In this document: positions 52,644 to 64,000 of the stretch, one piece after another
How the letters are laid out: each line of letters opens with the position of its first letter
How positions within the stretch are numbered: the stretch's first letter is position 1
Assembly: GCA_964016885.1 (NCBI GenBank)
Contig: OZ024743.1
Span: 243,288,001 to 243,352,000, forward strand
Length of the DNA stretch: 64,000 nucleotides
Origin: Eledone cirrhosa
Lineage: Eukaryota
Direction of reading: 5' to 3'
The notes under the pieces: model-generated
Database searches by the model: none
Told to the model about the DNA's origin: nothing
Seen by the model: only the letters and a program-made list of their open reading frames with translations
Translations under genes and position numbers: made by a program

Positions 52644-52727
52644 CAGGGTGTCCCCAAAAAATGTATACATACTTTAATTAGAATGCTGTTGAAATATGTA
52701 TACATTTTTTTGGGGGGGGACATTCTG
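52644..52727. mobile_element. 84-bp Tc1/mariner-type mini-MITE
   Basis: TA|CAGGGTGTCCCCAAAAAATGTATACATA ... TATGTATACATTTTTTTGGGGGGGGACATTCTG|TA. Confidence 0.75.
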
Positions 52728-52853
52728 TAAATACATATATGTATGTGTGTATGTATATATATATATATCCCACAACAACAACAACAGCAGCAACAACAAT
52801 AGCAATAACAAATTGACCAACACAGAAATAAAATTATATATCAAAATAATTAC

Positions 52854-53042
52854 CAAAGATTCTACATTGTGGCTCTGTGAAGACAGTCTATATTGTTTCT
52901 GTTGTTGTTCCCAAGCTTTTAGCTTTTGTTCATAGATATCAAAAACACAGACCTTGCATCCACTGCCACAACATTCACTTTCGGATGGTTTCTCAGGCTT
53001 AGATTCCACTGAATATTTCACATTTTCCAAGTTAGAAGACAT
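52854..53042 (-). CDS. CYB5RL: CYB5RL-like first coding exon (oxidoreductase-like N-terminal domain)
   Basis: ATG at 53042 with an in-frame TAA upstream; 63 aa with KP..P...ECCGSGC..CVFDIY motif; phase-0 donor TTG|gtaatt. A likely acceptor at 53229/53230 implies a 5' UTR portion 53043-53228. Confidence 0.9.
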
Positions 53043-53779
53043 TAAACTTTAACAGAATTTGTTCATAATGTCGTCATCATCATCAGTTTGATGTTCATTT
53101 TTTCTCCGCGTTAACAAAAATAATCTTTCCATGTATCTTGATTCACAGTAAATAATGGTGCCACAGTTACTGCTTTACATGTAAATCTTTTCTGAGATCT
53201 TCATGGTGTTTCATGGTGTTAAACAAATCTAATTAAAACAAAAAAAGATAAGGTAATTATATATTTATATACATATATATATGTAATAAATATATATTAA
53301 TATATATACATAAAATGGAGGCAATATCGGTAGAGCATATGACAAACTCTTTCATGCTGGTGCCATGATAAAATGCACTGGGTATGCCTTTAGGATTGGC
53401 ATTTAACTATAAAAACTATACTAAATATGGAACATATTAACAAGATGAGGTCTCCCTGATCAGTTTGATCTTAGACTGAGTCAACCCGTCCAACCTATGC
53501 CAGCATGGAAAGTGGACATAAAATGATGATGATGACATATCACCATCATCCTTATTTTATATCCGTTTTCCATGCTGGCATGAGTTGGATGAGTCATTAC
53601 ATTGTGAGATAAAACGGGTCAGATGACCACTAGATGACCACCGTCTCAGCAACCATCCCTGATGGTCAAACTGCTTCTTCCCCCCGCCTCCCTATATTAT
53701 TGATAATCTTTTCAGCTATATAGTTCAAACAAGAATATGTATTTAGGCTTGTAAATTAGTTGCAAAATTATAATTGTGA

Positions 53780-54065
53780 GATAGAGAAATGTCTTTAGTA
53801 ACACGACTTTAGTAATACACCTCTTTTGTAACACACTTTTGTAGCACATGACTTTTGTAACATATGACTTTAGTAATACAACCTTAATAACACATGAATT
53901 TTGTAATACATCACTTTTGTAATACATGACTTTAGTAACACATGGCTTTTGTAATACATAACCTTCGTAACATGACTTTTATAACACACGACTTTAGTAA
54001 TACATGATTTTAGTAATACACCTCTTTTGTAACACTCTTTTGTGACACATGACTTCTGTAACATA
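53780..54065. repeat. Degenerate ~16-18-bp minisatellite
   Basis: Repeated ACATGACTTTTGTAA(T/C)AC variants. Confidence 0.85.
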
Positions 54066-54419
54066 TTAGAACAAGGTGTCCCCACTCCATTGCCTTCTCA
54101 CCACCACCTCGCCTTACAGATCTCTACCTTATTACTTCTGTGTAGATTCTTAAGCTTGCAATAAACTATAAGTAGGACATAAGTTATCTCCCTTCTCTTA
54201 ACTTTTGTTCCTTTTTTCCCCTCCCATTTTTGCTCTTTCTACAGCTCTATATACATATCAGTGTGACGGACAGACAGATGGAGAAACGGGTCTTCTTTTA
54301 TAATGTAGATGACTTTAGTACATAACAATTGGAATTTCAACCAAAGTGAACCACATCTAATTTCAGTGTTATATGAATCACACATGATCTGTATACATGT
54401 ATATATATATATATATACA

Positions 54420-55600
54420 TGTATATAAAACTGAAATTGTGTGTGTGTGTCCTAATTTTTGCAAAGTCTATACAAATCCACATTTCTATTCTGATTGACT
54501 TCAAACTTGCATTATATTATTCCTTGTGGTCTAAAGATATTAACTGCAGCTTTTATTTTTCACTTTTCTGTTGTTAAAGGGGTGCTAGACGCCGGTTATC
54601 GATCTCTCTCTCTTTCTTAGTCTGTCTTTTTAGATAGATACATAGCTATAGTGTCGCGCCCTTATAATATCTGTCTGTATGTCTGCATTACGGCATTATG
54701 ACAAATATTGTTCTCATTGCTGACGTATTATCTTCGCTATTTTCTGTTCATTGCCAGGGAACGTCTTCACAAACCAAAGTATCACCTGTTTTCCTTCGGT
54801 TGCAACGTTTTGCGAAATATTTACTTCTGCGTTCACAGATTGGTTTTTTTAGTTTCAGAAGATCCCGTTAAGGGTGAAAGCAGCGATTCTTTGCTTTGAT
54901 CTGTTATTTTAATATATATATATAATTATATATTCGTGTACAGATATTTTTGCATACACAAAATATAAACAAACGTATTTATTTCACGAAAGCACAGACG
55001 GCTTATCGTCATTATTACTGCCGATAAGCCACCCAAAAAGTCCCACTACTTTTGGCACAAGGCCAGCAATGACATAGTCAATGGTTCGGAAATCACATGC
55101 ATCACTGACGAGTTTACTCCATACTCTACCAGTTAGTCTTAGTGTACTTCGTCCTGCTTTTAGGTCATGCATCGAAGGAAGAGATACTCCATTGGCCGAA
55201 ACACTGCGAAAACGGCAAGAAAAAGAACAAGGCGGGCAAACGAGTCGTCAGTGGAATCTGCTATTTGATGGTTGCAAGATGCTGAACGTACTGCCATCAG
55301 AAGAGCACTTGAAACAGACAACCAACGAACCATTTGCCGAACCGTGTCAGCTTTGCAATGTCTATCAACAAATCCCAGGGTCAGACCCTATTTGTTGCTG
55401 GTCTTCTTTTGGAAGAGTCATGTTTTTCATATGGGCAACTATACGTTGGCTGCTCTAGAGTGGGAAGCAAGACAAATCTCTTTGCATATGCCCGACACGG
55501 AAGAACAAGGAATATTGTGTACAAGGAGGTGCTACAATCATTGTTTAGGTAGACGAGGCAGAAGGGGATATACACAATTGTTTGACTTTATACATTCTAA
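54420..55600 (+). mobile_element. Internally deleted Helitron remnant with PIF1-helicase C-terminus
   Basis: 55334-55552 encodes FAMSINKSQGQTL...FSYGQLYVGCSRV...RNIVYKEVL (PIF1/Helitron helicase motifs). A TATATAAAA...GTGTGTGTCC 5' block is Helitron-like. Boundaries are approximate. Confidence 0.7.
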
Positions 55601-56264
55601 ATAGTGTCTTATATATTTATTCTCAGTCTTGTAGAAAGGAGGCAAATTGGCAAAGTCGTTAGAAAGTCAGATAGAATGCTTTGAGGTATTCGTTCTGGCT
55701 CTCGGAGTTCAAATCCCACTAAAGTCAACTTTGCCTTTCATCCATTCAAGGTAGATATAAAAAAAGTATCAGTCTAGTACTGGGGTAGATTTTTCCTCCT
55801 TTCTTTCACTTTCTATCCTTCTCTGGAAGAAATCTGCTGTATTGTAGACATAGGCACAATGTGGAATAATATAGTCAGATTTTAAATACTGCAAAATATT
55901 TCTGTTTCAATATACCAGTTTTCACTTTTTGCTAATGTAAACACACACGTGCAATGTGTGTGTGTGTGTGTGTGTGAGCATGCAACAAAAATTTCTGCAC
56001 AGTTTCCATTGATCAAATTTCATACAAAATAGTCAGCTAAAAGCTATGGTAAAAAACATTTGTACAAGATACAACACATTCAAATAAAACCTGAAACCTC
56101 ACAGTTGTGAAGCAGATATCTTAACCACAGATCCATACCTGTACCTACCTATAACATTTGCCACAATAGCAAATGGAGGGATAACATAAGAATTTATCTT
56201 TAGTAACTTCTTTCTGTGGAAACTAATACTAACAGGTTACATACTAACTGCCACTAGTACATCA

Positions 56265-56640
56265 GTCTCCAGATATGAGTGACTCTGCAGTTATGAGTAA
56301 CTCTCCAGATATGAGTTTAGTCTCCAGATAAGAGTGATTCTCCAAATAGGAGCTTAGTCTCCAGATATGAGTGACTCTCCTGATATGAGTGACTCTCCAC
56401 ATTAGAGTTTAGTCTCCAGATCTGAGTTTAGTCTCTAAATCTGAGTGACCTTCAAAATCTGAGTGACTCTTCAGATATGAGTTTAGTCTCCAAATTTGAG
56501 AGACCCTCCAAATTCGTGTGACCCTGCAAATCTGTGTGACCCTCCAGATCTGAGTGACTCTTCAGATATTAGTCTAGTCTCCAAATCTGAATGACCCTCC
56601 AAATCTGAATGACCCTCCAAATCAGAGTGTCTCTACAAAT
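56265..56640. repeat. 18-20-bp minisatellite
   Basis: CTCCAGATATGAGTGACT / CTCCAGATATGAGTTTAGT units. Confidence 0.88.
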
Positions 56641-57089
56641 TGATTAAGCAGACTATTGACTATATCATCAATATTTCATTTTCAGCAGCCATCATTGTAG
56701 CAGTAGCAAATTAATGATTATCAACTTGATTGAAATCATTTATTAACGTTCATACAGACTAATACTCACTTTAAATTTAATTAAATACGATAAGCAATCA
56801 TTAAGATTCTAAAAATATCATTAGACTGTTGGTAGGTGGTTAAAAGCCAAGCATGGAGTATTGATACACACATAGAAAATTATATATGTCTACCATATGA
56901 ATCATTGGCCGCGTGATGTTTTTCTTAATACTAACAACTCAACCATATCATTAATCTATATTTACTCAATTAGGTTGGTAGACTGATGGGTGTTGTTCAG
57001 AATCACAAGTTCAATACTTCTCAAAGGAGTCTGTGTAGTTAGCATGTTAGCTCTTTTACTTAGCATATTTAGTATGCAAGTAGGAGTCT

Positions 57090-57600
57090 AGCCGAGCTCT
57101 CTTCTTAGCCCTCTCCTATTTATTATCATCCTTTAGGCTAGAACAGAGGAGTTTAAAACTGGCTGCTCATGGAAACTCTCATATGTCGATGATCTAACCT
57201 TCATAGCCAAATCTATAGCAGATTTGGAGAGGAAATTCCAAGCTTGGAGGCATAGCTTGGAAGACAACTTGGTAGAGGCTAAGGTCCTGGTAAGTAGAGG
57301 GGGGGGGGAACATGGCTTGGATCCCGTCAGAGATGTGGCCTTGCTTGGTGTGCAGGAAAGGAGTGGGTGGTGTGGTTCCATCATGTGTCACAAGTGCAGG
57401 CTGTGGGTGCACAAGAGATGTGGTGGGATCTCGAGCAGGCTAGCAGGGAGCATAGGTTTCGTGTGTGGTTGATACACAGGGGCAATGGGCAGTGGGAGCT
57501 TGCAGGAGACAAGGCCTTTTGAATGCTCAGAGGGCTCTGTTGGAATAGTTGATGGCTTCTGTTGCCTGGTGATACCTGGGCAAAGGTGAGATTGTAGTGT
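57090..57600 (+). mobile_element. Old decayed RTE RT fragment
   Basis: LSPLLFII..., EEFKTGCSWKLSYVDD and CHKCRLWVHKRC remnants. Confidence 0.8.
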
Positions 57601-58744
57601 TTTGGACATGTGGTGTTTATGGAGGATAACAGCTGGGGGAGGGGGCTGATTGGAGTCAATGGAAGTTGTGTGTAAAGATGGCTGAGGAGGGTTTGGAATT
57701 AGGTGATGGTAGCTGACTATGCCCAGTTGAACTTCACAGGGGAGTTGACATGGGGTTGAGATCTCTGGCATCATGCTGTGCTGCAGAGAATCCACCTTCC
57801 CATCTGCACAAAATGAAATGAAACAAACATGTAAGGGACAACAAAAATTCATGTAGTCTGCACCAATCTTCTTTTCACACCTCTCCAGTCTTAATACCCC
57901 ACCTCACCAGCTAAATATCCCATGTACCTCATTCATATCAAACTTGCTTACTTGTCCCTGCCTCCAAATACTCACCCTTAATACACCTCATCTACCCAAC
58001 CCATGCATACAAGCATGAAAGCTGGACATGCTCTACATCTGATCCCACAATGCTGTTGACATGACAGAAAGCACAGGAGCACCCTGTTACCTTATAAGGT
58101 AGTTGTGCTATTTTTTGTAAAACAAAAAGTGCCCAGTTCTACCCTGTAAGGTGGTCATGATGGTGACATATCAAAAAGCACTCAGTCCACACTGTAACAT
58201 GGTTGGTGTTAGGAAAGACATAAACTACAGAAACCAGGCTAGCCAAAATACAGATCCATATGAGCAAAACATGGTCTTATCTGCTAATGTGACAACCCGT
58301 CTAACTTATACTAACATGGGAAAATAGATATTAATTGGTGGTGATGATTTCTAATGAAAGACACAGTCTATAGTTTTTAAATAACTTTGAAAATAATCAA
58401 CAATTTGAGAGATTTAATATAACTTTCTCATAATTAAATTGGTGTTTAGAACATAAAGCTTCTTACATAAAATTAATATGGAAGGGTTTTAGATAAATAT
58501 AAACACTCTAATATAAACAACTTTGTATTGTAGAACTAGGGGTGGTTTTAGGTGTTTTGGTATCAAAAGAGTTAAACCCTCAGCTGAAGTGGCAATTGTT
58601 TCTATCTCTCCACTACTGTTACACTACATCCCACTCTCCACCATCTGTAACACTTTATTTTTATCAGGACCTTCGACACTAGTGGAAAGGAAAGAGAAAG
58701 TTAACTTCAAACTAGAGACCTAAGCCAAATCCTCAGCACATAGT

Positions 58745-59000
58745 GGATTTTGCAAGGTGGTGGTGTTAAACTGACTGATGGATTCATTTTACCACACAAT
58801 GATCAAGCGATGGCATTAAACTGAATGACGGACTAAGTTTACCCAACAAGAATCATGTGGTGGTGGTGGTGGTAAACTAAGCAATGAATTAAGTTTACCA
58901 CCCAAGGATCAGGTAATAGTGATAAACTGAGCAATTGATTAAGTTTAACAATATAAGGATCATGTGGTGCTAGCAAACTGAGCAATGGATTAAGTTTACC
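58745..59000. repeat. ~50-55-bp minisatellite with internal hairpin
   Basis: About 5 units of GGTGGT..TAAACTGAGCAATGGATTAAGTTTACC..AGGATCA. Confidence 0.7.
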
Positions 59001-59284
59001 GGACAATATGAGAGCTCACTAACCAACAGTTTTAACATCACAGTATTTATTTCATAAATAGAAAATAGAAATGATATTTAAAAATACAAAGCAAAAAACA
59101 AACAAAAAATGAATAAATAAACTAAATACAAGAAAGAAATTAAACATTTTTCCAAATATTATTATTAAAATATTCAGTGTTTACTATACCAGGACAATAC
59201 GTGATAAAACTTATAGAAAAACAAACAAAACATCATGCCATAAAAAATATGATATAGAGAAATTGGTATTCTGAAGGATGCTGG

Positions 59285-59308
59285 CTTGTGTGTGTGTGTA
59301 AATGTGGA

Positions 59309-59352
<44 letters not shown>

Positions 59353-59881
59353 AGTGAATATGTGTATATGTGTGAGTGCTTGTGTGAGTGTGAGTGTATG
59401 TGTGTGTGAGTGAGTGAGTGTATATGTGAGTGTGTATGTGTGTGTATGTGTGTGTTTGTGTGTGAGTGCATATGTGTGTGCGTGTGTGTGAGTGTATATG
59501 TGAGTGTGTGAGTGTATATGTGAGTGTGTGTGTGTGTGTTGCTGTTGTTGTTATCTCTCTCTTCCATCGTGTTATGATGATTTTTGTGATTTGGTTCGTC
59601 AGAAACAATTTGTAGAGCCACACAGAGAAATCAATAGTAACAATGTTTGTTAAAATCATTCAATGAAATTATTGTAGACATCACCTAGTTAAACTAGTGG
59701 AACTGAGTACAACATCAACATCATGTCTCTCATTCTCTGGTGCTGGTAGTGGTGAGGGTTGAGGTGGGGTGGGATAGGATGAGGGCGGGGTGGGACTGGT
59801 GGGGGTGTATGAGGAGGCGTGGCTGGTGATTATATGTATATAAACACACACATACATATATGAATACATACACACACACAC

Positions 59882-59922
<41 letters not shown>

Positions 59923-60520
59923 CATATATATATATTCAAACATATATACATATATAGAAGCATATAGATATACATATATAGAAACATAGATATACATGTA
60001 TATATATATATATATATACACACAGACATACATACATACATAAATACATGTGTTGGTGGTATGTAAACATATATATATCAAGAGAGAGGGGGAGATTGCA
60101 GGAGGTATAGAAATATGAAAAGAGGGAGGGAGAGAGAAGGGTGGAGGTGCAGAGGTATGAGGGAGAGGGGGAGTGAATAATTGGGATGGGAGAGGGAAGT
60201 GTAAAAATATTGTTAATACTAGAAATATACATAAACCTGATTGTAACAGAAAATATAGACATTTAATAAGAATACTATTATAATCATGAGTGTATGTGTA
60301 TACATGTGTGAGTGTGTCTCTGTGTGTATATATGTATATATGTCCATTAGTTTAAACTTAACATAAAAATAGAAATAAATTTTTTTTCGAAAATAAGAAA
60401 AATAAGAGAGAGAAAGAAAGAAAGAAAAAGAAAGAAAGAAAAAGGAAGAAAAAGAAAGAAAAAGAAAGAAAAAGGAAGAAAAAGAAAGAAAAAGAAAGAA
60501 AAAGAAAGAAAATGAATACG
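59285..60520. repeat. Cluster of (GT)n/(GTGA)n, (TA)n and (AAAG/AAAAG)n microsatellites
   Basis: Direct observation at 59285-59540, 59835-60050 and 60410-60512. Confidence 0.9.
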
Positions 60521-60532
60521 GACTCGAGCTAA

Positions 60533-60568
60533 TTAAATACTGCCTTCTATAATGTCCACCTCATCTGT
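60533..60568 (-). CDS. Candidate terminal coding exon of an upstream minus-strand gene
   Basis: ttgtctgcag|ACA GAT GAG GTG GAC ATT ATA GAA GGC AGT ATT TAA (TDEVDIIEGSI*), followed by UTR-like sequence with AATAAA at ~59046-59051 (-). Confidence 0.35.
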   Translation of the reverse strand, partial: TDEVDIIEGSI

Positions 60569-61555
60569 CTGCAGACAATTTGAAAAGATTAACTATGGTA
60601 AACATACATATGTTGGTGGTTTTAATTGATTTTATTATTATTATTATTATTTTGTTGTTTTTGTTTTTCATTACATTTGGCTGATTAGATTTCTCCATTA
60701 AATTACTAAGTATGAAGGAAGAGAAATACCAAAAATTCTAGCAATGTCACCACATTATTGTTACTTGACCATATTATGTTAAATAAACACTTCTATTCTG
60801 AAAGTTGGTGCATATAGTTCTGTCTCAATCAGGGCCGGTACTAACTAGGGTAGCCACCTAGGGCACTAAACATTTGCATCTAATCTCAGTATATGACTAG
60901 CAAGCCAAGGAACTTCGCAAGGAAAATTGGTAGCATTTACACAGTCACCTGAAATAGCAGTAAAATCTTCCGAAATTCATACCCTACCGCTTTTTTTAAA
61001 AAAAGTTACATTGGATAATGTTGTTCCAGAAACACTATGTCTGAATAAGATCATGATTAAACTGTATTTAACTGACTGACCATATGTTTACTCAATCATG
61101 GAAGTAGTATGGCAAAATAATTAAGACGTTTGCTTCACAATCAAGCTTCCAGGTTTAATCCTAGTGTGACATCTTTGGCAGTGTCTTGTGAATTAAATTC
61201 TTTCTTTTTTTTTCTGACTCAACTCCTGTTGGGCATTTTTTTTAAAACTGGTGGAGCCCATCTCATCTCCAGGTTTAAACACAACTAATTTCTTCCAGAA
61301 AAGGAGAGAGAGGGGAAGTGAGAAAGAGACATAGAAAAAGAGTCAACTCCAGTACTATACTGGTACTTTTTTTATTGATCACAAAAGAATGAAAGGCAAT
61401 GTTGACCTCATGGAGATTTGAACTCAGATTGCAGAGAGCTGAAACAAATATCGTAAAGCATTCTATCTGAGATTGTAATGACTGCCAGATTGCTGCCTTG
61501 TGAATGAAATTAGATAAATAGAAACTGTGGAAAAGCATTGGATAGATGGTATCAG

Positions 61556-61620
61556 TAATGTAGTCCTCAGGCAGAATAAACATGACACAGTCATGTTTAT
61601 TCTGCCTGAGGACTATATTA
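61556..61620. repeat. Near-perfect 31-bp inverted repeat with 3-nt loop
   Basis: TAATGTAGTCCTCAGGCAGAATAAACATGAC-ACA-GTCATGTTTATTCTGCCTGAGGACTATATTA. Confidence 0.95.
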
Positions 61621-62237
61621 ACTCTTAACATACTGTACCACATGAAACCCCATTTGCTAGACATTCTTGAAAAGTATAAAACATCATTATGACTGCATTA
61701 CTTTAAAAATTGAAACCTTTACTTTAGTATAATGCAAATTTTTACAACATTCTATCAACTAGTAAAGATACTATAAACATTTGAATTAACAAACCTTTTT
61801 TTTTAAAGTCCCAGGTACACAACATGTCCATGAAATACTAAGTCACCTTTATACTAAGTCACTTAGTAGGTATTTCAGTTGATCATCAGAGTACATGTAT
61901 CTGTAATAATTCAATTAATCCTGAATGGAAACCAACAGAAACCAATTTATTTATTTGAACAAAGCTTCAGCTCAACAACAGATTTAATGAGGGGGCAATT
62001 GCCCCAGGCCCCCTGCAGTGAGGGTTGGGGCCCACCAGTGACAGCTGTAGCAATTTATTTGTGCCCTCAGCTGGGCTTTTTAGTTTTAGGATGGTTAGAA
62101 TTTTCGAATTTAATACCTGTATGTATAACTTTTCAATTCCAATTACTTGTACCAAGCTAAATTTGATATGTAAAATTGGGAGGTTTGCTGTGTATTCTAA
62201 TTTTTTGTGTATGACCCATGACCAAAAGTGATCTTAC

Positions 62238-62270
62238 CTTCAGCCATCCAGCAAAGCAACAACATTTTCC
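62238..62270 (-). CDS. Candidate 33-nt microexon of the same upstream gene
   Basis: tttgttag|GGA AAA TGT TGT TGC TTT GCT GGA TGG CTG AAG|gtaaga (GKCCCFAGWLK); phase 0, compatible with the 60568 exon. Confidence 0.35.
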
Positions 62271-62317
62271 CTAACAAATCTTCTGCTTGTGATTAAAATA
62301 AGAACCTTATATTTTAA

Positions 62318-62538
62318 CCCTTTAGCATTTACATTATTCTATATTTACTACTGTATTTTCACAGCAAAGGCTTTATCTTACATAATTATTGCATATAATA
62401 TCGAATCAACGAGATTTTAATGTTATCTATTTTGAGAACAATACCTTAACATCAGTATTAGCAGCCATTCACAGCCTGTTTGAACAGAAAGAGGTGAGAG
62501 ACTTCTGACCGGATACGGCCAGTTTAAATGCTAAAGGG
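62318..62538. mobile_element. piggyBac-type MITE, copy 5
   Basis: TTAA|CCCTTTAGCATTTA ... TAAATGCTAAAGGG|TTAA. Confidence 0.88.
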
Positions 62539-63308
62539 TTAATTGTGAAATGGAAAGGATACTAGAACATACTGTCCTAAAATTAAGATGGGATGGCTTC
62601 AGACAGAACACTCACCAAATCCTTGAAGTTTCACCTCCAAATGGATATGCCTACCATCTTATATTTACAAATTGAGTATCTGCCATCATATATTTATTTA
62701 CAATTTACTTGGAGTGGTAATAATTGATTTCTAATTGAGACACAAGGCCAACACACTACCTGCATCAGTTGTTAGCTGTCGGGACACTGCATCCTTCAAA
62801 ACTTACATGCTTTCTGAAATTCACCAACATTACACCTGATATTCCCCTTTTATACACATGCACACATGTGTGTATCATGACTCATACACTGTTCACTTTC
62901 CTGACATTTGTACATTATTCTATGTACTATACATACACCTTTGTGTGATCATGAATTAATTGTTCACAAAAAAAAAGTAATTTGCTTTAATAAATTATTT
63001 TAATAATTAACTTTATAAAAGTATAATGATGTAAAAAATCTACCAGATGACAATTCAAAATGGGGAGGAATTAAGGAAACCTGGGAGTGCAAAGGGTGGA
63101 ATGTGACCTGGGTCTCTCAGAACCTCTGGTCAAGATACAAAACAGTGAAATAGGATTTGATGATTTTTAAGTAAAAGAGGGAAAAGCAAAAATGATCTAT
63201 TTAAACTCCAATGAGCTTTTAAGGACTGGCCTTAGCCCTTTTGTTACCATATTTCTAAAGAAAGACACTGCCTCCTATGGTTTTCAAATAATCAAGAATA
63301 TGGAATAT

Positions 63309-63595
63309 AAAGTTATGTTGGTGCCACGCCATCCAGGCCGAAACAAATGAGATCATGTAGGTGTCACGACAAAAAAACACACAGTCCACGCTGTAATGTG
63401 GCCGTGTAGGCAACACGGTAAAAACCTCCCAGACCCACACTGTAAATGTGGTTGGTGTTAGGAAGGGCATCCAACTGTAGAAAACCTGCCAGACAGTCCT
63501 ATGCGAGCAAGACAATCACTCTTGCCTCAAGTGGGACTACCCCCGTCCAAACCCATGCAAGCGTGGAACACGGACGTTAAACGTTGATGATGATG
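63309..63595 (+). mobile_element. RTE 3' UTR-only insertion, nearly identical to the full-length copy
   Basis: Reverse complement of ~43230-43517; spurious ORFs 43310 and 63255 translate almost identically. Confidence 0.92.
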
Positions 63596-64000
63596 GGATC
63601 TAGCGTCATATATTTCTGGATATTAAGCTGGTGTTTTGAGAATTGTATAAAGATCCTTACAGGAAATTATGATGGAAAGTTTTTAGATAGATATAAACAC
63701 TTTAAAACAAACTGTTTTGTATCATAAAAGCAGGGTCAGTTTTAGGCAGTTTGATATCAAAAGGGTTGAATTATGGAATTCAGGCAAGATTGCTAATACT
63801 GTACTGATTTCTAACAACAAAGTAAACTGAGGTATACAGAAATAAGCTCACTACTCAAATACATAACAAGATATATGCAGTGTATCTCAACTAAAATTCT
63901 ATGAGATAGTAATTCAGTACTATAACCACACAACCATTTTTAGTTGTATTGTACAAGCAAGTAGATGACTTTCTTCTGAATTCAGTCTAGAAACAATAAT

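Noticed and set aside
52674-52853. C-terminal half of ORF 52674-53042 as coding (stand-alone OXLD1-like protein)
   Set aside because: It is read-through past a phase-0 GT donor into microsatellite and MITE sequence. Downstream FAD-domain exons fit a CYB5RL architecture instead.
55334-55552. Host PIF1 helicase exon
   Set aside because: Only the extreme C-terminal motifs are present, fused to Helitron-like sequence and without convincing splice context.
59174-60262. His/Thr-rich and Tyr/Ile-rich ORFs (also 35935-36186)
   Set aside because: They are translations of (CA)n/(GT)n/(TA)n microsatellites.

Overview
AT-rich, repeat-saturated animal genomic DNA. The RTE LINEs with (GAT)n tails, tRNA-headed SINEs sharing that tail, and dense (TA)n/(CA)n tracts suggest an octopus-like cephalopod (inference). 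The host gene is a minus-strand CYB5RL-like gene (oxidoreductase-like N-terminus plus FAD-binding cytochrome b5 reductase domain), with three phase-compatible coding exons at 53042-52854, 23052-22919 and 20311-20224. The next intron holds a ~19-kb, 45-bp satellite with multi-kb higher-order duplications and older 43-bp monomers at both edges. The 29.8-kb intron contains a near-intact full-length RTE, a Penelope-like element, a Tigger, a Helitron, MITEs and SINEs. The most unusual signal is at 36.7-38.2 kb: small (TA)n-embedded, largely palindromic elements carrying hammerhead-ribozyme motifs in both arms. Two homologous copies show the C3-G8 to U3-A8 core covariation. Further hammerhead motifs lie at 37008 and 43092. 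All long ORFs in 1-18.8 kb are satellite artefacts.
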